From Thermoplasmata archaeon (lineage in GTDB: Archaea; Thermoplasmatota; Thermoplasmata; Lutacidiplasmatales; UBA184): a stretch of DNA of 64,000 nucleotides. Made by a program: the position numbers and the translations under genes. A model generated the notes under the pieces. That model did not search any database and was not told where the DNA came from. It saw nothing but the letters and a program-made list of their open reading frames with translations. The DNA is taken from the NCBI GenBank assembly GCA_050749465.1, contig JBOGRO010000050.1, forward strand, positions 364 to 64,363, written 5' to 3'. This document shows, in pieces, positions 47,129 through 55,055 of the stretch (positions are counted from its first letter, which is position 1; every line of letters starts with the position of its first letter).

Positions 47129-48331
47129 TTACGGGCGGAGCCGCGAAACCCGCGCGCGCGCCCTCCCCGCCGGCGAATTCGGGTCGACGTCGGGTTCGGT
47201 GAGCGCCGGAATGTCGGGAGGAATGTACGGGTTATAGGGATGGAACGCGACCGGGGGTCGGCGCTCTTCGACGACCTCCTCGTCGTCGCCGATGCCGTTG
47301 CCGGCCTCGGTCGCCCCTTCCGGCGGGCTCGGCCCTTCACTCTCGGGGACCGTGGGCCGATCGACCTCCCGGCGAGGGGGGACGAGCGGTTCGAACGCCT
47401 CCGCGGGAGCCTCCGAAGGGATGGCCGCGACGCTCGGCGCTGCGGCGTCGTCCTTGGACACGGCGAGTTCGGGGACATCCGGCTCCGCCGCGAGCCGGCG
47501 CTCGCGCGAGATCCGGTCCACCTCGAGGTAAAGCGCCTCGATCTCCTCCTCGGGGGTCCCGTAGCGGCGTTCCTCGCTCAGGGCCGCGCGCACTTGGGCC
47601 ATCAGGCGGGCGGCGGAGTGCGCGTCGCGCGCCTTCCCCTTGATCCGCTGCAGGCGGCGGGCGAGGTTCCGGGCCTCCAGGAGGATCTCCTCCTCCTCGT
47701 GCGGGGTCGAAGCGGGCAGGACGGGCGCGCGCGGGATGCGTGAGACCGCGCGCCGCGTCTCGACCAACCGCTGCGCGGACGACGCGAGGTTCTGGTCCTG
47801 GACTGCCTGGAGGAGCAGCGTGAACGCACGGGCCGCGTCGCGCACCTCCTCGCCGCGATTGCGCGCCCGGCGGATCGACTCTCCGAGGTTCTGGGCCTCC
47901 TGCACGCAGAACTTGGGGATCGTGTCGTTCAGCACCGCCAGCGCGAGCGACGCGCTGGCAGCCGCCTTCTCCATCGAGCCCGAGCTCAACGCGTCCGTCT
48001 GGAGGCGCGTGCGCGGGTTGCCGACCCGCGCGTCCAGATGCTGGATGTCGACGCCGAGCGTCGTGGCGATCGCGCGAAGCTCGTCCGCGCGGCGGAGGAG
48101 CTCGCGGATCCAGGTCCAATCCCGGGCGACCTTCGCGAGGAGGTTCTCGCCGCCCTTCACGACGAGCGCGGCCCTCTCCGAGGAGCCGGCAGTGAGCGCC
48201 TGGTCGAACGACTCGCGGATCTGCGCGGTCGGGAACGGAAGGCCCTCGAGCTCGAGGGCATGGCCCTGCGTCGAGAGCCGGTCGAGCCGGGCGCGCAGTT
48301 CCACCGAGGACGCGGGCTCGCTCTTCGGCAC
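47129..48331 (-). CDS. 400-aa helical protein with acidic/Pro-rich C-terminus; paralog of the upstream gene
   Basis: Shares a block with the 417-aa neighbour: DWTWIRELLRRADELRAIATTLGVDIQHL versus DWRGLQGLLRQIDTLRKEATDLGIPLGEI. No family recognised. Confidence 0.65.
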   Translation of the reverse strand: MPKSEPASSVELRARLDRLSTQGHALELEGLPFPTAQIRESFDQALTAGSSERAALVVKGGENLLAKVARDWTWIRELLRRADELRAIATTLGVDIQHLDARVGNPRTRLQTDALSSGSMEKAAASASLALAVLNDTIPKFCVQEAQNLGESIRRARNRGEEVRDAARAFTLLLQAVQDQNLASSAQRLVETRRAVSRIPRAPVLPASTPHEEEEILLEARNLARRLQRIKGKARDAHSAARLMAQVRAALSEERRYGTPEEEIEALYLEVDRISRERRLAAEPDVPELAVSKDDAAAPSVAAIPSEAPAEAFEPLVPPRREVDRPTVPESEGPSPPEGATEAGNGIGDDEEVVEERRPPVAFHPYNPYIPPDIPALTEPDVDPNSPAGRARARVSRLRP

Positions 48332-48334
48332 GGT

Positions 48335-49588
48335 CTACGCCCCTTCGGGCTCGCTGGAGAGCATGCGCATCAGCCGCGCGAGCGCCTGGTCGGCGCCGCG
48401 CAACTCGCGGTTGCGCAGGAGGTCGGTGACGTCGCGGATCTTGGCCGCCGCCTCGCGGGCGACCTCGCTGTCGGGGGGGAGCGTACGAACCCGGCCCGCG
48501 AGGCGGCGGGCCTTCTTCAGCAGGCGGTCGAGCGTCTCCGCTTCCGTCTCGGCCGGAGACGCGCCGGCGGGGGCGGCGGCTATCGATGCCGCGCCGACCG
48601 CGACCTCGCTGAGCTCCCGGGACTGCTCGAGCCGCTCGATCTCACGGCGCAGCTCGCGCACGCTCGCGACGGCGTCGGTGAGTCGACCCTTGCGCAGGTG
48701 GCGCGTCGCCTCCCCGTGGAGCCGCCGGGCAGAGGCGCTCGGCGGGTGCTCTTCCGAGTAGCGACCGAGGACCTTCTCGTGGCGTCCGAGCTCCTCCTCG
48801 AGCGACGTCGGGATCGCTTCGTGCAGCAACATCAGTGTCTGGGCCGCGGCCTGGGCGATCCCGTCGAGCCCGTCCTCGGTGATGTCGGGCTCGCGGAGCC
48901 GGTCGCGGATCTCCGAGACCTCGCCCGCGATCTCTCCGAGCGGGATCCCGAGGTCGGTCGCCTCCTTACGGAGAGTATCGATCTGCCGGAGCAGTCCCTG
49001 GAGGCCCCGCCAATCGGACTCGAACTGCGCGACGCGGCGCTCGGTCTCGACCAGCAGGCCCGAGGCCGTCTCGCGCTGACCGCCGGTCACGGCGTCCTCG
49101 AGACCCTTCAGGTCGTTGACGAGCGCGAAGCGGACCCCGGTCTCGCGCAGCGCCGCCTCCCTCGACTGCAGCGACTGGACGCGCTTTTGGAGCAGCTCGT
49201 CCGTCTGCCGGTCGAGACTGCGCTGCGCGCGGCGGAGGACGTCGAGCGCCTCGTTGACGTGGCCCTCGGCCTCGTTGAGCGCCGCCTGGCAGAGATCGCT
49301 CGTCACGTCCGGGGCGCCGCGGCCCAGTTCTCGAACATACTCCAGCTTCGTCCGGAGGTCCCGGCTGATCGTCGCGCACAGTTCCGCCTCGGCGGAGACC
49401 GGCCCGGGCGCGAGGGGAGCCGGTTTCTCGGACGGGAGCAGCGGAGTGTCGGCCTCCGGGGTGCTGGAACCGTCGGGTCCGAGCGAGCGAAGGCCTTCGA
49501 TCGCGAGGGCAGTCGGGAAGCCGCAGACCGAGCAGTGACCGACCGTGGACGGGATCGCTTGCTCGCAGATAGGACAGCTGGTGGCCAC
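48335..49588 (-). CDS. 417-aa N-terminal Zn-ribbon plus helical-repeat protein
   Basis: CPICEQAIPSTVGHCSVCG, followed by a Pro-rich linker and long helical segments. The stop lies 3 nt before the next gene. Confidence 0.65.
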   Translation of the reverse strand: MATSCPICEQAIPSTVGHCSVCGFPTALAIEGLRSLGPDGSSTPEADTPLLPSEKPAPLAPGPVSAEAELCATISRDLRTKLEYVRELGRGAPDVTSDLCQAALNEAEGHVNEALDVLRRAQRSLDRQTDELLQKRVQSLQSREAALRETGVRFALVNDLKGLEDAVTGGQRETASGLLVETERRVAQFESDWRGLQGLLRQIDTLRKEATDLGIPLGEIAGEVSEIRDRLREPDITEDGLDGIAQAAAQTLMLLHEAIPTSLEEELGRHEKVLGRYSEEHPPSASARRLHGEATRHLRKGRLTDAVASVRELRREIERLEQSRELSEVAVGAASIAAAPAGASPAETEAETLDRLLKKARRLAGRVRTLPPDSEVAREAAAKIRDVTDLLRNRELRGADQALARLMRMLSSEPEGA

Positions 49589-49678
49589 GGAACCTCGGAA
49601 TCTACCCTAGAGACGAACCACGGCACCTTAACCCCTTCCACGGCGGAGGCGGGACCGGGCCGACCCCCGGTCGTCGCG

Positions 49679-49891
49679 TTACCCGCCGGAGAACGTTGGA
49701 ACCACCGTGAGTCGGGTTGGTCGATCAATGGGAGTATCGAGTGGGATCGGTAGGTCGTCGACGAGCACCGCGCTCCCTTCGGGGGCGTGACCAGCCGACC
49801 GGAGCACCGCCCGGACCGTCGTCCCCGGCACGACGCGGAGGCGGCGCCGAACGACCGAACCACCGCGCGTCGTCTCGATGACGACCGCGAC
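49679..49891 (-). CDS. ThiS/MoaD/SAMP-like beta-grasp ubiquitin-like protein ending in Gly-Gly; start unresolved
   Basis: ..VVIETTRGGSVVRRRLRVVPGTTVRAVLRSAGHAPEGSAVLVDDLPIPLDTPIDRPTRLTVVPTFSGG*. The N-terminal 25 codons of the 100-aa track ORF are tRNA sequence. Confidence 0.6.
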   Translation of the reverse strand, partial: VAVVIETTRGGSVVRRRLRVVPGTTVRAVLRSAGHAPEGSAVLVDDLPIPLDTPIDRPTRLTVVPTFSGG

Positions 49892-49905
49892 CGGAGGAGA
49901 GGAGG

Positions 49906-50025
49906 CGCTGAGGGGGAGAGTGTCCGGGGCCCGGGAGGGTTTCCGGGCGCCTTTTGAACTCCCGCGATGCATACGCACCACCAGATCTCGAATCTGGCGC
50001 CTTGGCCGAGCTAGGCTACCTCAGC
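49906..50025 (-). tRNA. tRNA-Ser(CGA) with an approximately 33-nt intron in the T-loop
   Basis: Acceptor GCTGAGG/CCTCAGC plus discriminator G. D-arm GCCT..AGGC. Anticodon arm CCAGA-TTCGAGA-TCTGG, with the anticodon at 49988-49990. Long variable arm GGTGC-GTAT-GCATC. T-stem GGGAG/CTCCC, interrupted at about 49920-49952. Confidence 0.85.
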
Positions 50026-50051
50026 ACCTAGCGCGCGCAGGTGGGGGGCGC

Positions 50052-50059
50052 ATAAAAAA
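50052..50059 (-). promoter_or_regulatory. TATA box (TTTTTTAT) for tRNA-Ser; the same T-run is a likely terminator of pgi/pmi
   Basis: Ends 26 nt upstream of the mature tRNA 5' end and lies 17-24 nt downstream of the PGI/PMI stop at 50076. Confidence 0.6.
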
Positions 50060-50075
50060 GAGTATCGTCCTCGCG

Positions 50076-51080
50076 TCAACGCGCGCGCCCCGCGTCGAGT
50101 ACCGCCTTCCATCGTGTGATCGCGTCGATCGGGTACGGGTCCACCCCCCGGCGGTCGGCAAGGAAGAGGCTCACTTGGTCGCCGAGCGCGAAGCCCGCGG
50201 CGACCGTCTCGAGTCGGTCCTCCCCCGGGAGCGGCACCGGAATGACCTCCGCACCGCGCGCGGCGAGCAAGCGCTCCAGGTGGGCGAACGCGCGGCGGCT
50301 CGCGGCGGTCGCGCCTTCGGACTCGAGGAGGACGGCCGCAAATCGGCTCGCGTCCCGGCGCGAGGCCGCGTCCCAGCCGACGATCGCGTTGTGCAGGAGC
50401 TCGGGGATCTCGTCCGAGACCGCGAGCCGCTTTGCGTTCTCCTCGATCTGCGTCGCCCAGCGGCGGGCGAGCCCGGAGAACGGACTCTCCGCGTAGACGA
50501 ACGGAAAGCGCGAGCCGATCCGTCGCGCGACCGCCGACGCCGGACCGCTCGGTCGGGCGTAGCGCGGGATCCGCGACTCGAGCTGGGCCGCGATGCGGCC
50601 GATGCGCTCCTCGTTCGACTCGGGGAACCACGGGTCCAGCAGTCCGAGGAACGAACCCAGGATCTGACCGACCGCGGCTCGCGGCGGCAGCCCCGGCGGC
50701 AGCGTGACGAGCGGCACCCGGTCGCGTTCGGCCCGCTCCGCAAGCGAGCCTCCGGAACTGATCACGACGCGACCCGCCCCGGTCCGGCCCGCGGTGTCGT
50801 ACGCCCGCAGGGTCTCCCAGGTGTCGCCCGAGTAACTGACCAGGACGACGCGGCTGCGGCGCTCGACCGCGCGGGGGAGCTCAGAGGAGCGCACGGTCGC
50901 GATCGCGAGCGGGGTCTCGGACTCGACGACCCCCCGCGCGAGGTCCGGCGCGATCGCCGAACCGCCCATCCCGACGACGAAGACGGTCGTCGACCGGTCC
51001 GTCGCCGCCGGGGCGACTTCCAGTCCGGCGCGGAATCCGTCGCGCAGCTGACCGGGGAACTCCGCCGCGAGCGCACGCAT
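50076..51080 (-). CDS. bifunctional phosphoglucose/phosphomannose isomerase (SIS domain)
   Basis: ATG 51080. ..VFVVGMGGSAIAPD.., ..LVSYSGDTWET.., ..IPELLHNAIVGW... Confidence 0.75.
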   Translation of the reverse strand: MRALAAEFPGQLRDGFRAGLEVAPAATDRSTTVFVVGMGGSAIAPDLARGVVESETPLAIATVRSSELPRAVERRSRVVLVSYSGDTWETLRAYDTAGRTGAGRVVISSGGSLAERAERDRVPLVTLPPGLPPRAAVGQILGSFLGLLDPWFPESNEERIGRIAAQLESRIPRYARPSGPASAVARRIGSRFPFVYAESPFSGLARRWATQIEENAKRLAVSDEIPELLHNAIVGWDAASRRDASRFAAVLLESEGATAASRRAFAHLERLLAARGAEVIPVPLPGEDRLETVAAGFALGDQVSLFLADRRGVDPYPIDAITRWKAVLDAGRAR

Positions 51081-51193
51081 GCGATCGGAGCCCGACGACG
51101 CGGCCGACCTTGCGGGCACGGGCGGCCGGGCCCGCCGGCAAAGATAGCCCTTGCGGCGCCGCGACCGGCCACCGGCCGTGGTCCCGAAAGTAC

Positions 51194-53740
51194 TTGAAGC
51201 GGGGGGGCGCATCTTATCGACGCGGCGGCCCTCCTCGAGGGCGAATCGCCGCGGGAGGAACCACCGCGTCCGCACGAGGACCCCCGGCCCCGGAGGCCGA
51301 CATCCGCATCTCCACCGGGAACCCCGGGCTTGACACGATGCTGGAGGGCGGCGTGATCCCGCGCCGGCCGTACCTCATCGTTGGCCCCGCCGGGACCGGG
51401 AAGACCACGCTCGCGATGCAGTTCCTTCTGGAGGGAGTCCGCCGCGGCGAGCGATGCCTCCTCGTCACACTGGAGGAGCCGCCGAACGAGGCGCGGCTCA
51501 ACCACCTGGGGTTCGGGCCCGAGTTCGACCGGGTCGAGGTCTTCGACGCGATCCCGGACGTCATGCGCTACGAGCGGGTCCCGTTCAAGGACATCTCCGC
51601 GGTCCGCTCGGCGATGCCGTTCGGCCTGGTGCCGTTCGTCATCCGGCGGACCCCCGAGCTCACGGGCGTCGAGGTCACGATCACGGCGCTCGAGCAGATG
51701 CTCCGCAGCGAGGTCGCGCGGCGCGGCTACACCCGCGTCGTGATCGACTCGCTCACGGCGCTGCAGTACTTTTGCATGAAAGGGTTCAACGAGGTCGCCG
51801 GCGCGCAGACGTTCCTGCGCTTCCTGTCCGACCTCCAGGTCACGACCGTGCTCACGGTCGAGTCCCCGCTCGAGGACGTCGACTCGACCGAGCGGATGCT
51901 CGCGCGGGGGGAGATCCGGCTCTTCCGCTGGGAGTTCGAGGGGTCGACCGTCCGCGCGGTCGGGGTCGAGAAGTTCCGCGGGAGCGCCCACGACGTGCGC
52001 CTGCACCCGTATCGGATCGGACCGCACGGGATCGACATCAACCTCACGGCCACGATCTCCCGCGACACGCGCCAGATCATCCAGCCGGAGCCGATCGTTT
52101 CCGTCGTGGTCCCCTCGGTCGCACCGGTCGGTGCCGGCACGCCGCTCGACCCGTTAAAGGACGAGGTGGCGGACCTCGTGACGATCGGGGCCGATGTCGG
52201 ACCGATCCGCGCCGAGGTCGAGGCCGCGCTCGCCGCGCTCGCCGGCCCGAAGCCGGAGTCCGCTCCCGCGCATCTCGCGCGAGCGTCCGCGCTCGCGATG
52301 GACGTCGCCGGGGCGTTCCGGACGCTCGCCCCGCCGGACCCGGCGCACCGGACCGCCGCGGCCTCTGAGGCGCTGATGCGGGTCGTCGCCCGGGCCGAGA
52401 CCGCGCGCGCCGGGGTCGCGCCGACGACGCTGCCCCCCTCGCCCCAATTGGAGCAACAGCTCGAGCAGGTGCTCTCGGTTCTCGCGCGCGCCCCCTTACC
52501 GACCGCGCCGAGCCCCCCGACCCCGGCCGGCGCCGCGGCACCCCCCGCGCCCGCGGTCCGGATCGTCCCGGCATCGATGCCCGCTCCCGCCCCTCCGGCG
52601 CCCGAGCCTGCCCCGGTCGAGGAGCCGCTCGACACGGCGCCTGCCGAGGTCCCGGTCGTGGAACCAACGCCGCCCATCGCCGCGGCCCGGGTCGCACCCC
52701 CCCCGATCTCCCCTCCACCCCCTCTGAAGGTCGAGTTCGTCGCTCCGCGCGCTCTGCCCCCTCCCCCACCCCCACCCCCACCCTCGGTCACGGTCACCGT
52801 AACGGTCGCACCGACCCCCCCCGCTTCAGCGCCGACTCCCGGTCCTGCCGCAGAGGTCGTCGCGATCCTGGCGCCGCCACCGCCGGCCGCGCCCGTGGTC
52901 CCGGCCGAGCGTCCGTCGCCCGAGTTCCGGATGGACGCGGTGCCCCCACCGCCCCCTCCCCTTCCTCTCCCGCCTCCCCCGCCGCCGGTCTCGGCCGCGT
53001 CCGCTCCACGACGCGCGCCTCCGCCCGAACCGCCGGTGCGGCCGACCGGGTTCGCACCGGTGACCGCTGCCGGAGGACCGGCCCCTCCGGCTCGAGCGCC
53101 GCCCGCGCCCGTTGCGCAGCGGGCACCAGCCGTGAGCGTCACCGCAACGTCGCCTCCGGCTCGGGCGCCGCCCCCTCCTCCGCTTCCGGCTTTTGGCGCC
53201 ACTCCGGCGACCCCGCCGTCTCCCACCGCCGTCTCCGCTGCGCCGTCTACCCCTCCTCCGCCGGCGAGCGGACCACCGACGGTCGCGGTCCCTGCCCCTG
53301 CGACGCCCCCCCCTCCTCTCGCTGCGCCCACTCCCGTTTCGGTTCCCGCGTCGACCCCGTCGCCCGCTCCTACCTCCGAGATGGGGGTTCCTCCGTCTAC
53401 ATCGGCGAGGACGGACTCCACCGCTCCCCCAAAGCGAAAGGGAAAGCGCGCCCCCCGCCCCCCACGGAAGTCGGAACGGAGTTCCGAGACCGACGGCGCG
53501 GGAGGGGCCCCGGGGTCCGAAGCGTCTCCCGCGTTGCCCGCCGGTGCGGGTCCGGCAGAACACGAGGATGCGGCGTCGCGGCCCAAGGGTCGCCGACGTT
53601 CCGTGCGGAAGCGGAGGGCACCGACCGTCGTCTCGGCGACCGCGGGTATCGCACCGGCCGAGCCGGCCGCCGCGCCCGACGTAACGGCCCCCGAGCCGGT
53701 CCCGCCGCCGTCGGAGTCGCCGCCGAAGGAAGGTCCATGA
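51194..53740 (+). CDS. KaiC/RecA-like ATPase fused to an approximately 550-aa Pro/Ala-rich disordered tail
   Basis: STGNPGLDTMLEGG, Walker A GPAGTGKTT, Walker B VVIDSLTAL. The tail carries runs of P9 and P6-L-P-L-P6 and ends with a Lys/Arg-rich segment. TTG 51194 or TTG 51110 are the only possible starts. Confidence 0.75.
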   Translation: MKRGGASYRRGGPPRGRIAAGGTTASARGPPAPEADIRISTGNPGLDTMLEGGVIPRRPYLIVGPAGTGKTTLAMQFLLEGVRRGERCLLVTLEEPPNEARLNHLGFGPEFDRVEVFDAIPDVMRYERVPFKDISAVRSAMPFGLVPFVIRRTPELTGVEVTITALEQMLRSEVARRGYTRVVIDSLTALQYFCMKGFNEVAGAQTFLRFLSDLQVTTVLTVESPLEDVDSTERMLARGEIRLFRWEFEGSTVRAVGVEKFRGSAHDVRLHPYRIGPHGIDINLTATISRDTRQIIQPEPIVSVVVPSVAPVGAGTPLDPLKDEVADLVTIGADVGPIRAEVEAALAALAGPKPESAPAHLARASALAMDVAGAFRTLAPPDPAHRTAAASEALMRVVARAETARAGVAPTTLPPSPQLEQQLEQVLSVLARAPLPTAPSPPTPAGAAAPPAPAVRIVPASMPAPAPPAPEPAPVEEPLDTAPAEVPVVEPTPPIAAARVAPPPISPPPPLKVEFVAPRALPPPPPPPPPSVTVTVTVAPTPPASAPTPGPAAEVVAILAPPPPAAPVVPAERPSPEFRMDAVPPPPPPLPLPPPPPPVSAASAPRRAPPPEPPVRPTGFAPVTAAGGPAPPARAPPAPVAQRAPAVSVTATSPPARAPPPPPLPAFGATPATPPSPTAVSAAPSTPPPPASGPPTVAVPAPATPPPPLAAPTPVSVPASTPSPAPTSEMGVPPSTSARTDSTAPPKRKGKRAPRPPRKSERSSETDGAGGAPGSEASPALPAGAGPAEHEDAASRPKGRRRSVRKRRAPTVVSATAGIAPAEPAAAPDVTAPEPVPPPSESPPKEGP

Positions 53741-54519
53741 CGATCCCCGCCGCCCCGGTCCTCCAGTATCGAGTTCCGACCGGCGTCCCCGGCCTCGACC
53801 GGATGCTCGGCGGAGGGTTGATCGGTGGTCGGCCGTACCTCGTGACGGGAGCGACCGGGAGCGGTAAGACCCTCCTCAGCCTGACGTTCCTTCTCGAGGG
53901 GCTGCGGCGCGGAGAGAACGTCCTTCTGGTCGCGGTCGACGAGCCGCCGAACGAGATCATGGAGAACGTCCGCTCGTTCGGATGGGACCTCTCGGCGGTG
54001 AAGACGCTCGACGCGAACCCGGGAACGCGGGCGATCAAGCGCCAGGCCGCGGTCCAGGAGATCCGAACGATGACCGACCTCAAGTCGATGCGCGATCTCG
54101 CTGGCTACGAGAAGCGCGCGTCGGAGGTCGAGGACATCTCGATCCAGTCGATCTACCTCAAGCTCCGCCAGCAGATGGTCGACGCGAAGTTCACGCGCGT
54201 CGTCGTCGACTCGATCACCTCCGTCCGACGGTTCGCGGTCAAGTCGTCCCAGGACCCCCAGGCCGAGCGGACCGAGATCCAGTCGCTCCTGCGCTTCCTC
54301 TCCGAGCAGAACGTGACGGCGCTGATCACCGCGACGCCGGGGAACCCGGGGATCCTCACGCCCGAGGAGGTCCTGACCCGTGGCGAGGTCCTCCTCACGC
54401 GAAAGTGGATCGGCGACCGCTCCGTCCGCCAGATCAAGATCGTCCGGATGCGCGGCGCGGCGCACGACCCCGAGCGTCGGCCGTTCGCGATCACCCCGCA
54501 GGGCGTCGTCTTGGGTTAG
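53737..54519 (+). CDS. KaiC/RecA-like ATPase (single domain)
   Basis: ATGA overlap with the previous stop, with AAGGAAGG upstream. PTGVPGLDRMLGGG, GATGSGKT, VVVDSITS. Confidence 0.85.
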   Translation: MTIPAAPVLQYRVPTGVPGLDRMLGGGLIGGRPYLVTGATGSGKTLLSLTFLLEGLRRGENVLLVAVDEPPNEIMENVRSFGWDLSAVKTLDANPGTRAIKRQAAVQEIRTMTDLKSMRDLAGYEKRASEVEDISIQSIYLKLRQQMVDAKFTRVVVDSITSVRRFAVKSSQDPQAERTEIQSLLRFLSEQNVTALITATPGNPGILTPEEVLTRGEVLLTRKWIGDRSVRQIKIVRMRGAAHDPERRPFAITPQGVVLG

Positions 54520-54569
54520 GCCGGGGCGCGGCCCGACACGGTTACGAGGCGGCGCGGCTCCGAGCGACC

Positions 54570-55055
54570 ATGGCCCGCTGGCTCGCGAAGTCGGAACCCA
54601 GTGTCTACTCCTGGTCCGACCTCGAGCGCGACGGTCGCACGGAGTGGGACGGGGTGCACAACGCGACCGCGCTCCAGAATCTGCGACGGATGCGCCCCGG
54701 CGACGAGCTCTTCTTCTATCACTCCGGGTCCGAGCGGGCCGCGGTCGGGATCGCCCGCGTCTCCGGCACGCCGCACCCCGACCCGCGCGACGCGCGGGGC
54801 TCGTGGTCGGTCGAGGTGCGCCCGGTCCGCCCCTTGCGGGGCGCGGTCTCGCTCTCCGCCTTGCGACCGGACCCGTCGCTGTCCGGCTTCGTGCTCCTGC
54901 GGATGTCTCGGCTCTCCGTGATGCCGGTGACCGACGCGCAGTGGAAGCGGGTCCTCGCGCACGAGCCCGGAGGCGGCGGGGCCGCTCAGGGAAGCAGGGG
55001 CGGGTCCCGCGCCAGCCACCGCGCCGCGGCCGCGCGGAAGCGCGGGGCGACGTAG
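54570..55055 (+). CDS. EVE (PUA-like) domain protein
   Basis: MARWLAKSEPSVYSWSDLERDGRTEWDGVHNATALQNLRRMRPGDELFFYHS... Confidence 0.75.
   Translation: MARWLAKSEPSVYSWSDLERDGRTEWDGVHNATALQNLRRMRPGDELFFYHSGSERAAVGIARVSGTPHPDPRDARGSWSVEVRPVRPLRGAVSLSALRPDPSLSGFVLLRMSRLSVMPVTDAQWKRVLAHEPGGGGAAQGSRGGSRASHRAAAARKRGAT

Noticed and set aside
49892-49981. N-terminal 30 codons of the 100-aa ORF (MVRMHRGSSKGARKPSRAPDTLPLSASSPP)
   Set aside because: This stretch is the 3' two-thirds of tRNA-Ser, including its intron, read as protein. It is low-complexity and cannot be both.
52440-53700. Highly repetitive C/G-rich DNA (ccgccg, ccccca runs) as a possible tandem repeat or CRISPR-like array
   Set aside because: There is no regular repeat-spacer periodicity. 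The region is one continuous reading frame encoding the Pro/Ala-rich tail of the KaiC-like protein.
51727-54465. 912-aa minus-strand ORF
   Set aside because: It is antisense to the two KaiC-like genes. Its poly-Gly/Ala stretches are simply the complement of the polyproline-coding region.
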